Shown piece after piece: positions 10,638 to 22,179 of a stretch of DNA of 45,011 nucleotides. Positions within the stretch are counted from its first letter, which is position 1; the number at the start of each line of letters is the position of its first letter. The DNA is from Trypethelium eluteriae (Eukaryota). Made by a program: the position numbers and the translations under genes. The notes under the pieces were generated by a model. That model was not told where the DNA came from, did no database searches, and saw only the letters and a program-made list of their open reading frames with translations. The stretch lies in the NCBI GenBank assembly GCA_051942245.1, contig JAVECL010000016.1, positions 62,001 to 107,011 on the forward strand. Reading direction: 5' to 3'.

Positions 10638-13354
10638 TCAATCTTCCCCGTGGTGCTCTCCTTCCTGGTGATCGCCCGTGTCATTCTCCCGATTTTCCGC
10701 CTCCTTGAGAAACTTCTTAATGACTGGCACAACATTTAGGTTGATCTGGTGCCGGCGATGATCGTGCCATATTGGGTCTACGATCCGGGTAGTCATTGGA
10801 TGGTGCTCGACGGCCACAGAGGTCGATCCGATGGCACCTTTCCTCAGCGCCTCAGCAGGATCGCCGTGTACCACGACACCGTGCGTATTCGAGGAGGGAA
10901 TCTTCATCATGGTTATAGCAAAAGTTCGGTAGAATGTGATACGTCTCCATGGCTCAAGGTATGCACAGAGGAGCGTAGAAGAGTTGACTTGGATAAATTT
11001 GAAACCAGGAAGTGGAAGCCCGCCGGTCAGAGTCTTCTTGATCCAGGAAGCCTTTCTATCGGTCTTGTAGTCTAATTTTGTGCCTTCGGTGTGAAGACCA
11101 TGATCCGTATTGTTGTGTGAACTTGGCGCGGTAAGATAACTGGGTTGACGGAAATCGCACGCGATCAGGGAAGTGCGTGATACGCTAAAGAACGGATCGC
11201 AAGACAAGAAATAGTTCCTATCTTGTGGCGTAACGTTTGCTAAAACATCAGGAGAAACGAAAGTTAGAGCGTAAGGGTTTCCAGCATGAAGGTCTCGGCC
11301 TAGAATTACGCTGGCCCGAACATGTCCGAGATTTGAAATTTCGTCAAACATTCCTCGCAAGCAATCCTGTTGCATGTTTTGATGCTTGCAGCTAGTCAGG
11401 AACACAGGCAATAGCTCATGTATCCCTTCGTCAGTGATCAAGCTAGCGTCGAAGAGGCCACCGCCATAATTCCGTTCCTCGGAGTACATTTTGCTAGAAA
11501 GCATTTCCTCCCAAGCTCCATTCGTGATCCTGAGGACAACCTCGATCTCGGCTCTAATTTGGCAAGCCGCAAAGTCATACAGCGCATTTTCGTAGCTGCG
11601 AAGTCCTCCAAGTGCGATCACATAGGAGAAGACGGCGTCTTCAATCTCGCCCAGATTTAGACAAGCGTCACCAAGCCATCGAGCTGCCGCGATATCGGCA
11701 TGATCCAGATCACGGACAGATCGAATTGGACGTGTAATCACAGACCAGAAATGGCCCTTGGCTTCCTCGAATCTGCCGGAAAAGCTCGCACAAATGCCTA
11801 GCATATGTTGTGCAAGTCTTGGCCCACCAAGTGGTTTTCCGCAGGTGTGAAGCTTCTGCAGAAAGCGCACCGAACTTGACCAGTCCTGGCAGTTCCAAAA
11901 TCGGCACAGTTGGTCCGCATCTTTTTGCCAAGCTTCGCTCCCGTCTGACGAACGATTTCTCCCCTCCATGTCTGGACTACTTCCTTGCTGAGGCGTGAAA
12001 GCAATCGCGAAGGAGGAGCGCCTTTCCTCACCGGGAGGGATGATTGACTGCCTGCGACTGGGTACTGAAGAGCTACGATGGTCCTTGGATAGCCTTCTTA
12101 GGTCCCATCTATCTCGGGATACGGAACCAGAGCGAGATCGCCGGTGATGAGCAGCAGGACCTGGTTGTATGAGCCCTGACAGCCTCACACGCGTTTCTGG
12201 ATCGTCAAGCGCTGAAGCATCTCTCGTTGAAGTAATATTCTCATCCTTGGATGGTGGTTTGGAGGACAATATCCCAGGACCTGGAGAAGATTTGGATTTC
12301 GGTCGGGTTGTAGGTTGACTTCCAGGTTGAGTGCCAGATTGTGATGAAGCTTGACTGGGCGTCATTTTCGGAGAAACCCCAACATTTGATTGCCTCTTAA
12401 ATGGTGATGAAGAATTGTGCGGTGGATCCTGTGATGGCTGATGTGATGGTGAATTAGCAATTGGCAGGGGAGGAGAGATCACAGAAGCAGACCCCGCCTC
12501 GGCTGATGGAGTCTTCAATGTGGAAAGGGGATCCGGAGCAGGCAAAGCTAGAGGAGCATCTGGATCGCACTCATGTGCCTTCATTGACCCCTCGTACTCT
12601 GCCCACGGATCCCATCCAGCCTGCCCTTCTTCTGCCTCACGTCTTTGTTCCATCCAGCTTTGGCTAATCGATTTCACGATGGAGTCGACAATGAATGCTC
12701 TGTTGCTTGATAATTCCTCTGCGGTGATTCCCATGTCTTCTAGATCACGCACTAGTTCGTTCCATTCAGGCCGTCGACTGAGTTCTTGCTCGGGAGGGTG
12801 CAGTATCCGTTGCTGTTGCTCATACAACCGCTCCATATGGGCGCGTGTATCTGCCTCAAGTCGGAAGACCGTGGCCGTATTGACACTGTTGAAAAATGCA
12901 GACAACATGACCACATTTGAAATCAACCGATTCCTAATGTCTCTACCTCGTTGCGCAGCCCAATTGAACCTGTTTATAGTCTTGTGTCCCTTTGCAAGTC
13001 CCCCATGATATTGTTTGAGAAACTTGTCAAGATCATGTAACGTCTGCCTGCATCCTTCTGTTCTTTCCAGCAGTTGTTGCACTTGCATAGGATTCAAGCG
13101 ACCATGTCTAGCTAGGGTCTCGCAGTCTTGTAATACGTTTGCAAGAGCCAGAGCCTCGTTCGCGAGACCACGGTATTGTTCTGGGGAATCTCGGACTGGA
13201 ACTGATTAGTACTCTTGCTTCTTCCACGCGTTGCTTGCTCGGCTGTGGGATTTGGTAGTCTGAGTCTCGACTCTTGTGAAATATGTAACTGACATTGTCT
13301 CCAGAGTACAAGAGCGTATTCAGATGCTTGGAGCACACCAGCAGCTGTAGCCAT
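10638..13354 (-). CDS. ~872-aa protein: N-terminal SesA/HeLo-like fungal STAND-type helical domain, long S/P-rich linker, TPR-like C-terminal region; 2 exons
   Basis: Exon 1 (13354-13294, MATAAGVLQASEYALVLWRQ) splices via intron 13293-13196 (GTCAGT...ACTAAT...CAG) in frame into FRDSPEQYRGLANEALALANVLQDCE...GCRQTLHDLDKFLKQY...RFNWA...IRNRLISNVVMLSAF, followed by WNELVRDLEDMGI. TPR-like helices: AQHMLGICASFSGRFEEAKGHF and AARWLGDACLNLGEIEDAVFSY. Confidence 0.75.
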
Positions 13355-14057
13355 TGAACCAAAGTTAAGCTTCGAGTAGACTGGTGCTGCCTTGCCCACG
13401 GAGGGCACGACATTGGAAAGCTTCATTTTGAGAGGCGCTCGCCTTGCTTGTGGCCAATCAATGCAGATTGCTTAACGTCGTTAGCCAGGAAAAGGAAAAG
13501 ACAATGAGGACGAAAGGTAAAGCGACAGGCGGTAGGTGCCTAACAGAATTTGAGACTCAAACTTTGACCCATTGTCTTCTTAGCTGAATCTTGGATTCGA
13601 GGTACGTGGAGTGAGGCCCGGACCGAAGGGGGTTGGTGTCAGGCTCCATGTTGGAATAGAAGAGTGTCCTCTGCCGCAGCAGGATGTTGGTATTGTCTGA
13701 CCAGAGTCCAGAGTGAATGCTGCCAGATGACGGACGAGGCTGCATCTTGGCTGTGCCCCGAATTCAGGCTCACATTTCATGCCTCAAGACACAGGAGATA
13801 AGACCGGCGCAGCAAGATGATTCCTTCCGTCTCTTGTCATGTCGGGATGGTGGGGCAGGAGCTGGGTCCCTGGGGATCCCTGACTCGACTAAGCCAAGCT
13901 GTCATCAATGAGAGCCGACGTCATCCGTCGTAAGTCGCCCAGGAGCTCCCCACCACTTTGGTTTCGGGAATTTCACTGCGCGTCGGAAGCCCGACATCAT
14001 GGTTTCCCATTTTAAATGTCGGGCGCAGCTGGAAAATTTCTTCGTACATCAGCCGCC

Positions 14058-15104
14058 ATGAAGATCGACTCCGCCATTGCCAAACTCCTTTCATTGGATC
14101 CCAGTTCCACGTCCGTCTCCTCCCACGGTGGAGGTGGGATGAGCTCTGCCTCAACGGCCAAAATCACCACCAAGCTCAGCGATGGATCGGATAAGCAATA
14201 CTTTATGAAAACAGGGATAGGACACGAGGCTGAGATTATGTTCCAGGGCGAGCATGCCTCCCTCAACGCCCTCCATCATGCTGTCCCATCATTATGTCCC
14301 CAGAGCTTCGGCTGGGGAAAACTCGCCGAATCCCCAAACAAATCCTTCCTCGTTACGGACTTTCTCGATCTTTCTAGCCGTCTCTCATTATCTTCCTCCA
14401 AATCTGATAGTCCTTCTCTCGCCGCCAAACTCGCCAAGTTGCACACGACACCTGCACCTATTCCTGATGGCTATGCGAAGCCTATGTTCGGATTTTCCGC
14501 TACAACGTGTTGTGGAGATACTCCACAGCCAAATGAATATAAGGATAGCTGGTCGGAATTCTATGCGCAGAATCGTTTGATGTTCATTGTACGACAAAGC
14601 GAGAAGAGCAATGGCAAGGACAAGGAATTGCATGACCTCGTTTCAACAACCGCAACCAAGGTCGTGCCAAGATTGATCGGTGACGAGCATCTCAACAATG
14701 GTAAGGGAGTGACTCCGGTAGCTGTACATGGCGATCTGTGGAGCGGCAATGCGTCCCGAGGTAAAATTGCCGGCAGAGGAGAAGTAGAGGATGTGGTATT
14801 CGATCCCAGTGCGTGTTATGCCCATAGCGAGTATGAGCTGGGGATTATGAAGATGTTTGGTGGATTTGGTGGAACCTTCTTGAAAGAATACCACCAGCTT
14901 TGTCCCAAAACGGAGCCCGTCGAGGAATACGAGGATCGTGTGGCTCTGTATGAGCTGTAAGTTAGTTCGCCCCTAATCGACTCACTTCGTACTGACATTT
15001 TACCTAGTTATCATCATCTCAACCATCACGCGCTGTTCGGAGGTGGCTATCGCTCGGGTGCTGTCAGCATTATGAAGAAACTTGTGCGTAAATATGCGCA
15101 GTAG
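14058..15104 (+). CDS. FN3K: Fructosamine/ribulosamine 3-kinase, ~331 aa, 2 exons
   Basis: Motifs YFMK, MFQGEHASLNAL, FGF...TCCGDTPQPN, VHGDLWSGN and FDPSACYAHSEYELGIMKMFGGF. Intron 14957-15007 yields LYELYHHLNHHALFGGGYRSGA...*. An in-frame ATG at 14016 is an alternative start. Confidence 0.95.
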
Positions 15105-15323
15105 TCCATGCAGGCACCCACTATTGTTTATTACTCCTGTACATATATTACAAGTCTTGCAACCTAGCAACCGTGGAGATGATCAAACACACTCCCGACG
15201 GATTTGACGCCCACCACCGATACCAGATTGTACGGTAAAATCCCATGAACTATTGGCCATCCTACAGAACGGCTTCGACCGAGGCTCTCCGCTCAACCAC
15301 GCTCTGTGCTTTCCTAGTGCCCT

Positions 15324-16700
15324 TCAGTGCGCTCCAAATCGTTTCATCAACGTCTCAGTCTCATTCATCTCCATCGCATCTTCCCCGTACATATCGTCCA
15401 CAACGCTCCCCGAGAACGAGGTCTTCTTGCTCTTTCCTCCTACTTTCTCCTTCGCTACTGAGATTTTAGGGGTTTCTTTAGAGGATGCAGTCACTTTAGC
15501 TGCTTGGTGGTGTTGGGAGGTGGCTTGTCGTTCTCTTTGTTCAGGGACCCCAGAGCCTTGGAACCCCGATTGCGGCTTTTGGCTGGGTTCTTGAGCGTTT
15601 CCTCCGCTGTTTTTGCAGGCTTAGTGAGTGTTTGCGGCACGTCTGCACTGATCTTTGACGATTTCTGAGACGTCCGTCTTGGGCGAGCCTTCAGATTCGG
15701 GAGCGCCGAAGAGGAGATATTGGCCTCAGGATTGTGGTCGCTATCTTTTCCGGCAGCGGCAGCAACTACCCTCCCACTTGAAAGGGTCTGGCTTGACAGA
15801 GGTGTTCTTCACCTTGGCAGTGTTTCTGAGAGGCACTCTTTGATGACGCACCTCATCTGAACCTGCGGATCGGCCAGTAACAATTATACTCTCGGCCTCG
15901 TCATCACTTGACTGAGCTGCATCTGCGCGACGCTTGTGAATTACTGTCGCTTTGCTCTGACCACCGGCCTCTGACGGACCGCAGGGCCATGCTCCTCCGG
16001 TGAACTCGTGAGGAGGACATGGTCCAGACGTACTCGTTTAGCAAGTGGAGATGCATTTTCGACGAATAGCAGGTGTTTTGTAACTTCGCGCGAACCTGAC
16101 GTCAGATCTCCAGTGCCAGGTTTGGACCAAGCTCCCTCTATAAGGGGAGTTTCCTGAACCATGCCCAGACTCTAGTCAAGATTAGGATCGGTTTTCTTCT
16201 TGTCCGTTTTCGGTGTAGAGGGAAGGTCCAGAGGCAATTTGTCTGCTGGAGCCTCTGAAGAGCTAGATGCTACATTGGCTATTAAAGCTCCTCCAACGCT
16301 GTCATTTTCTCTTGGTTCGCCAGATTTTTTCAAGGAATCTGCATTCATCTTTGTAAGACTAAAAGAGTATTGCCATCAGTAATATGGTATGGATTATATT
16401 GCGTTTGTATAGGTCAATCAAAATAGCATACCCATTATCACTTGCATTGGCCGTGATCATTTGCGCGTTGATGATGGATTCAAGTTGGCTAAATCTGCAC
16501 TTAGCAATGTTCATCCTAGATATGTTCTTCAGAACTCACTGGACGCGTTCGCAAGAGGCTTCAAGCTTTCTCATTCCCTCGTCGATATCGCTACGCATTT
16601 TCTTCATGGGTTCCGACTTTGCGACCAAGATGTGGACATATGCTTCAGTGGATCGAAGAAAATGCGCTCCGCCTTGCAAGCTCGACTTCTCGAGATCCAT
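15324..16700 (-). pseudogene. Probable decayed gene (coiled N-terminus plus low-complexity region); alternatively a 136-aa gene with a degenerate 3' tail
   Basis: ATG at 16700 and two canonical in-phase introns (16539-16495 GTGAGT...CAG; 16431-16359 GTATGC...TAG). An in-frame TAG at 16174-16172 is followed by ~77 more open codons (SPLAKRVRLD). Further protein-like segments follow in shifted frames (QSSDDEAESIIV; GGKSKKTSFSGSVVDDMYGEDAMEM). Confidence 0.5.
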
Positions 16701-17269
16701 TGCGTCAACCGCGACAAGCGAAAGAGTGAATGGAATGTGGCAAAATGGAGTCGCAGCGGTTCTGTGATACACGTGTACTGGGAAAGCATGCGCTGCTGAA
16801 TGTAAACAAGACACTCTCATGTCACGAGGGGAGAGAAAGTCGAAAGTGTTATGTTGATCCACAAAAGATCACACTTAGACCAGTTACAGCAGAAACAGAA
16901 GTGGATAACCTGATGACACAACACTTTGCGATAATACCAACGGGTCACTCCGCACACGTCACAGACCATTCACCTACGGTGATTATATTTTAGTTATGCA
17001 TAAAATACTCGCACCCACAGCCGGGCGTCTTTACCCCACAGATAAAACCATGTTGGTCATCTGGACATGTCGAAGTAGACAGGACATGTTAAGATAGCAG
17101 AGTTGTCTACGTACGTACTGCATTTCACTAGCTCAAGCCTAGCCATGTAGGCTTTATGAGATGTGAGAGACACGCCAAGATGATCTAGCATCAATGTCGT
17201 CGGACAGATCCTTGAGCAGATCCTCAGGCTAAGGCCATTATTCAGACAAGAGTGTTTCAAGTTTCTGCA

Positions 17270-17842
17270 TCACTCGCTGCGCTTGCGGTCTTGCTGTCTC
17301 TTCAAGTACTGCCGGGGTATGATAATGGGTCTCTGTTGACTTCGCGCAAAGGCCTCGGTGATTGATGGTGAACTTTCCGTTCGAATAGTAGTTCCAATAG
17401 ACATGAAGAAGCTGTGGCAATCAAATCCGGATTAGCAATTCCTCGCGAAGGCAAGGTCAGATACTTCCTAGGTAGCTTACCCAAATGTAGCTGCCGAGCC
17501 AAGCATGTACTGCCCAAGCATTCTCAGAGGACCATTTGGCCCCGCACCGAACCTCAAGATATTGGTGACGCCTGGGAGTCGTTAACACAAGACTCACTTT
17601 GAAAACTGGGAGACCGTACCAAATATGAAGCCAATGATAAGTCCAACCGCTAGATGCAGGCGTCAGTTGGGAATGGGTACCGTAAAGGACGTAGGTACGA
17701 ACATCCTCCCATCATAGCTCCCATTTTCCCTGGTAGAGGGTTAGTAGCTGGACTAGAACGCGTGTCTGCAGTACCAACATTTGTCCCAGGTAGTTGGGCC
17801 TCTCGGGCCTCCAGAACCACCTGTAGGTACTGCAACAGGCAT
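17270..17842 (-). CDS. MGR2: Mitochondrial TIM23-complex subunit Mgr2 (ROMO1 family), 117 aa, 5 exons
   Basis: Exons 17842-17779, 17729-17703, 17649-17620, 17571-17481 and 17411-17270 splice via GT-AG introns to MPVAVPTGGSGGPRGPTTWDKWKMGAMMGGSVGLIIGFIFGVTNILRFGAGPNGPLRMLGQYMLGSAATFGFFMSIGTTIRTE...*, the Romo1/Mgr2 signature. Confidence 0.95.
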
Positions 17843-18660
17843 GGTGGAGATTCGAAAATGGGTTCGTCGTGTCAAGCTCAGGACGTCTCCAAGCTCCGGA
17901 GCGGAGAGCATCAAGCAACGACCAGTCAGAGCATCAGACGAATGCGGCCCCTAGCCGATGTTTATCCAAGGTCACATGACCTGGCCGGCTCCCGGAAAAC
18001 TCCTTTACATTGGTCCTGTGGCCAATGTCTCAGGCTGCTTGCTTTGCGATCAGTACGTCTCTGAAGGGTTTCCTAGGAGCCGGGCTTTCGGTCTGAAGTT
18101 ACTTCTGTCTTTCTGCCGACTACTTCTGTCATCCAAGAAGCTGTGTGGTGGACGGGATCCACAGCGTTGAGAAGCGTGCATTTCTATTTGACGCCAGACA
18201 ACAAGCGGCACCCGCTTCGCATCCTCCACTCTTCCATCCTGGCTTACCACGCACCTCCTCCCTTCTTCATTCCTTACCACTCAAGCCTGGCCACACCTCT
18301 CTTTCTAGCACCCCGCCATTGAGTCTCTGCTTTGTCGGAGACTTGTTCGTCAGATCTCGAGTATCGGGTGAGGTCTGTCGGGGCGCGTGTTGGCCCGCCA
18401 AAGGCACACGACCCGCACTGTCCCTCTTAACCACCCATCGACCGTACCTTTGCACGTTGACAAAGCGTCACTCTCTTCGCTTATGCCCAAAAGACCACTT
18501 ATTCGCCATTTGTTGCTGTTCATCGGTGCTAGGTGTCATCTGTGGATTTGACTTGTCCTCGGAGAATTGAGTTCGGATCGAGGAGGGAAAAAGTGGAAGC
18601 GACGACAGGATCAATTGCCCTCACAGTGTTGCGGAAGCCGCCATTCGATCTTTCTTCCAA
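17843..18660. promoter_or_regulatory. Divergent promoter/5' UTR region between MGR2 and VPS64
   Basis: Head-to-head start codons ~820 nt apart. Inverted repeat AGGTCA-CA-TGACCT at 17969-17982 and two oppositely oriented CCAAT boxes near 18009-18026. Confidence 0.45.
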
Positions 18661-21013
18661 ATGACTGCAGTCGCACCTCCACTCACATTCCAGCCAACCT
18701 CTCGCACAGGATGGAACACCGGTAGCGCTGCCCAGAGTGGACTCGGGTCAATGAGCGCGGAAGACGTTTCGAGGATGTTTATGCCACGCAAAAGCGCTCA
18801 ACGTACCAATTCCTCGTCTTCGCTTGCATCCTCTGCATCTTCCAACTCGACAATATCGGCCTCAGCCGCTCAAACGAACGGGATCTCACCCACCAACGGG
18901 TTAGATCCTGCAGGCTGGGGAGCCCGAAAGAAACCAGCCAGAGGCATATGGCCTCCTGGTAAATCAGAGCCAATCTCAGGCATCACTGCTGCTCGTCCGC
19001 AGTCAGTGGCGGCCACAACCTCAGGTCCTTCCGCTGCCTCCGCTATCTCGGCTTTACACAGCCCGAGCTCTTTGCTACCTTCCCAGCACATGGGTCCCCC
19101 ATCCCAGCCCCAGCAAAATGGGGCTCCAAGACCACAAGGCAGGTCTGAGAATCCTGCAGTGCTTCATCTTCTTCCCATGAATGGCACATTCGAAAGAAAA
19201 TCCATCACTGTTCCGTACTACCCCGAGGTTCTTCGAATCGGACGACAGACCAACAACAGAACAATCCCAACACCACACAATGGCTATTTCGATTCCAAGG
19301 TGCTATCAAGACAGCATGCAGAAGTATGGGCAGATACGGCTGGCAAGATTTGGATACGCGACGTGAAGTCGTCTAATGGAACGTTTGTTAATGGACAGCG
19401 GCTATCTCAGGAGAACAAAGATTCGGACCCACATGAACTGCGAGAACAGGATTTATTGGAGCTGGGCATCGACATTGTGAGCGAAGATCAGAAAACCATT
19501 GTCCACCACAAAGTTGCTGCGCGGGTAGAGCACGCCGGCGTATATCCGACAGGAAATAACGTTCTCGATCTGAATTTTGGTGATCTGGATCCGGCAAATG
19601 GAACTGGCATGATGGGTCAGTCGCTTGGACAGAATATTTCATTACGAGGTCGAAATGGTAGTCAAAGCTCATTGAGCAGCAACGGTCGGGTGAACTCAGC
19701 TCCCCCAAGCGTTGCCGGAACAAACATGAACGTCATGGGTCAACCACGGAACATGGCTTGGTTACTTGGCCAGATCAGTGTTGATCAGGTTGTTAGAAAG
19801 CTAAATGTAAGCCAAGAACGACTCTTTCACTCCAAGCAACCTTCTAACAAACTTCCAGTCCGAACTCAAACAAGCAAAGCAGCAATCGCAAGATCTGCAC
19901 CGGACTGGACAATATATTGACGCTGTGTTACATTCGGAACCCAGAAAAGAGGAAACAAAGTCTCAACCACCACCTTTGAAGCCCTCACCAATCAAAGCGG
20001 ACCTTAAGGCGCATTTCTCAGAACCACCGGCTCCTCCGCCGCAGCAACCACTTCCTGAGAAGCCTGATACAGCACCAGCTCTGCCTGATTCCATGATTCA
20101 GCCTATCCTGAAGAGGTCGAACACTGAGCGCCCAAGGACACCATCTACGAGCAACTCACCTACTCGACATGATTCATCACTTCAGATAGTCAATTTAGTC
20201 GAGGCCCTCACATCTGCCAAGAAAGAAATTGATTCGCAAAGTGTTCGTCTGAAAGATCTTGAGGAGATGCTTGCACAAGAGAAGCTAGCTCGTGAAAGTG
20301 CCGAAGAGCGTGCACAAAGACTTGAGCTTGAAACTCGAAAAGATTCAGCAGACGTCTTGGAGCCGAGCGGGAAGCTGGTGGATGGAGCAGACGATACATC
20401 AAAGAGCCCTGAAGATACCATCACGGGAACGCCTGCTGAGACCGCCGCAGTTGAATCGTCAACGTCTAGATTGCAAGAGCGCATTGAATTGATGGTCGCC
20501 GAAATGAATGACCTAAAGATTCAGATGGACAGGTGTAAGCAACGGGCCGAGTCTGCGGAGGCAGAGAGCGCAAAGGATCGTCAAACGTTGGCGGAAATGG
20601 TGGAAAGAATACGAAAAGAGGATACAGAAAAGACTACAGATATCTCCGGATCATTGTCAAATGGAAGTGCAGCCTCGCATACAAAACCGGATAGCAACAG
20701 TAGCGATGGGTTTCCGAAAATTGCAAACGGCACTCTGACAACTACCAAGGCTCCTGAAGCTCACTTGTGGCGCGGAGACGAAATGCTTCGGAGCGCAGGC
20801 GTTGAGCATGGGAAACCAATCAACGCCGAGCAGCTGGTAGCATTGGAGAGGGCAATGGCAAACGCACTGATGGAAGGCCGACTGGAGACCCGAGGTCGCA
20901 GTAAAAATAATCATCTATCTCAAAGCGCTCCCTATATCTCGATGGTCAGTGTTGTACTTCTAGGTGTAGGGATGATGGCGTATTTGAATTCATGGCAGAA
21001 GGGAGAGAGATGA
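18661..21013 (+). CDS. VPS64: FHA-domain tail-anchored STRIPAK subunit (Vps64/Far9/Far10; HAM-4/PRO45; SLMAP homolog), ~766 aa, 2 exons
   Basis: FHA domain LRIGRQTN...NGYFDSKVLSRQHAEVW...IRDVKSSNGTFVNG...LELGIDIV. Intron 19807-19858 joins the two ORFs in frame. Coiled coils and a C-terminal TM anchor APYISMVSVVLLGVGMMAYLNSWQK. Confidence 0.93.
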
Positions 21014-22179
21014 TGACCGCACACTCTATGGAAAAGACTATCTCGCAGCTCTCAGCAAAGCAAACTCTTGAATTTGAGTATGCTACGAAAATCCGACGTT
21101 CTGCACCTACCAGTGCCGCGAGACCTACCTATACATCATCGGGCACGTTGCATTTACGAGAAGAGTACCTCAATGTAAAGCACGATACGCTTTACCGATC
21201 TTACGTCGCAGTTCATGAGACATGCCTTAAGTGGCGACTAGAATCTGTCTAATACAGTCTGGAAAGTCAGAACTCGATCTGGGGGCAAACCGATACCTCC
21301 TTCGACAATGAAGTCCCAAGCACGACTTTCACGACGACTAAAATACCCGTTTCCTATCACGTACAAGCTACCTCCAGGCAGTCCTTTTTCTCCCTAGTCA
21401 GTGGGCGTTTCCTTTGTACATTTGCACACAACATTGAAGGCGTTGGGAATCTTGCCGCCACTTTTGATGCGGTTTCATTTGGGATGGGTTTGGGGTTCGG
21501 ATCATGGGTGGACCATCTTCTCAGAATGACTCTCACGAGAGTCGACTCTCACTTTTGAAGCTGTTTTGGTACTGTATGTCTATAACGAACCTCCTTGGAT
21601 TCTTTGGAACTGCATCAGCGGGTGCTTAGAAGTAGTACTACGCTTCAGTATACATATTGAGCCTTGTCCGTTCTCCTGCGTACGCTTGTCAGTGTAGGCC
21701 ATATACGGAGGAATATATGACACCTTTTGGAGTACATACTAATGTTCAAATTTTGGGGTTCTTACATATTAGATCTGCACCCTGGGTACGGAGTACCTAC
21801 GGGGTACTTTTAAGACGTACATTTCCAAAAGAGGAAACTACAACCTGGAATGGATGATGTGCACGTGATCTTACTACAATGTCTGACTTCATCCATTGCT
21901 CCACCAATGTAGCCAATATTTGCCCAACCATCTCGAGAATTGTCTGCACGATGTCCACCTTCTCACAATCTAACATCCAGACCTAAAAAATCCTGTCGAG
22001 CGCAGACTACAGGACCTTACTCTGGCAAAACTACCTTAATATTCGAGATGGATTTCCTTGATCTTGATTTGCTGAAGCAACACAGGAAGGAGCCTTTCAG
22101 TACTACGAAACAAGTACCGAATATCACCAAGCACGAAATTCGCAGTTGAGCGGACTTATCCAGACTCGTTCAGTCAAGA

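Noticed and set aside
12520..13008. 162-aa plus-strand ORF and other overlapping short ORFs in 10.7-13.2 kb
   Set aside because: Antisense to the well-supported 872-aa minus-strand gene; no recognisable features.
17654..18570. 136-aa and 141-aa plus-strand ORFs
   Set aside because: They overlap MGR2 antisense or the VPS64 5' leader, have no protein-like composition, and the second has no ATG start.
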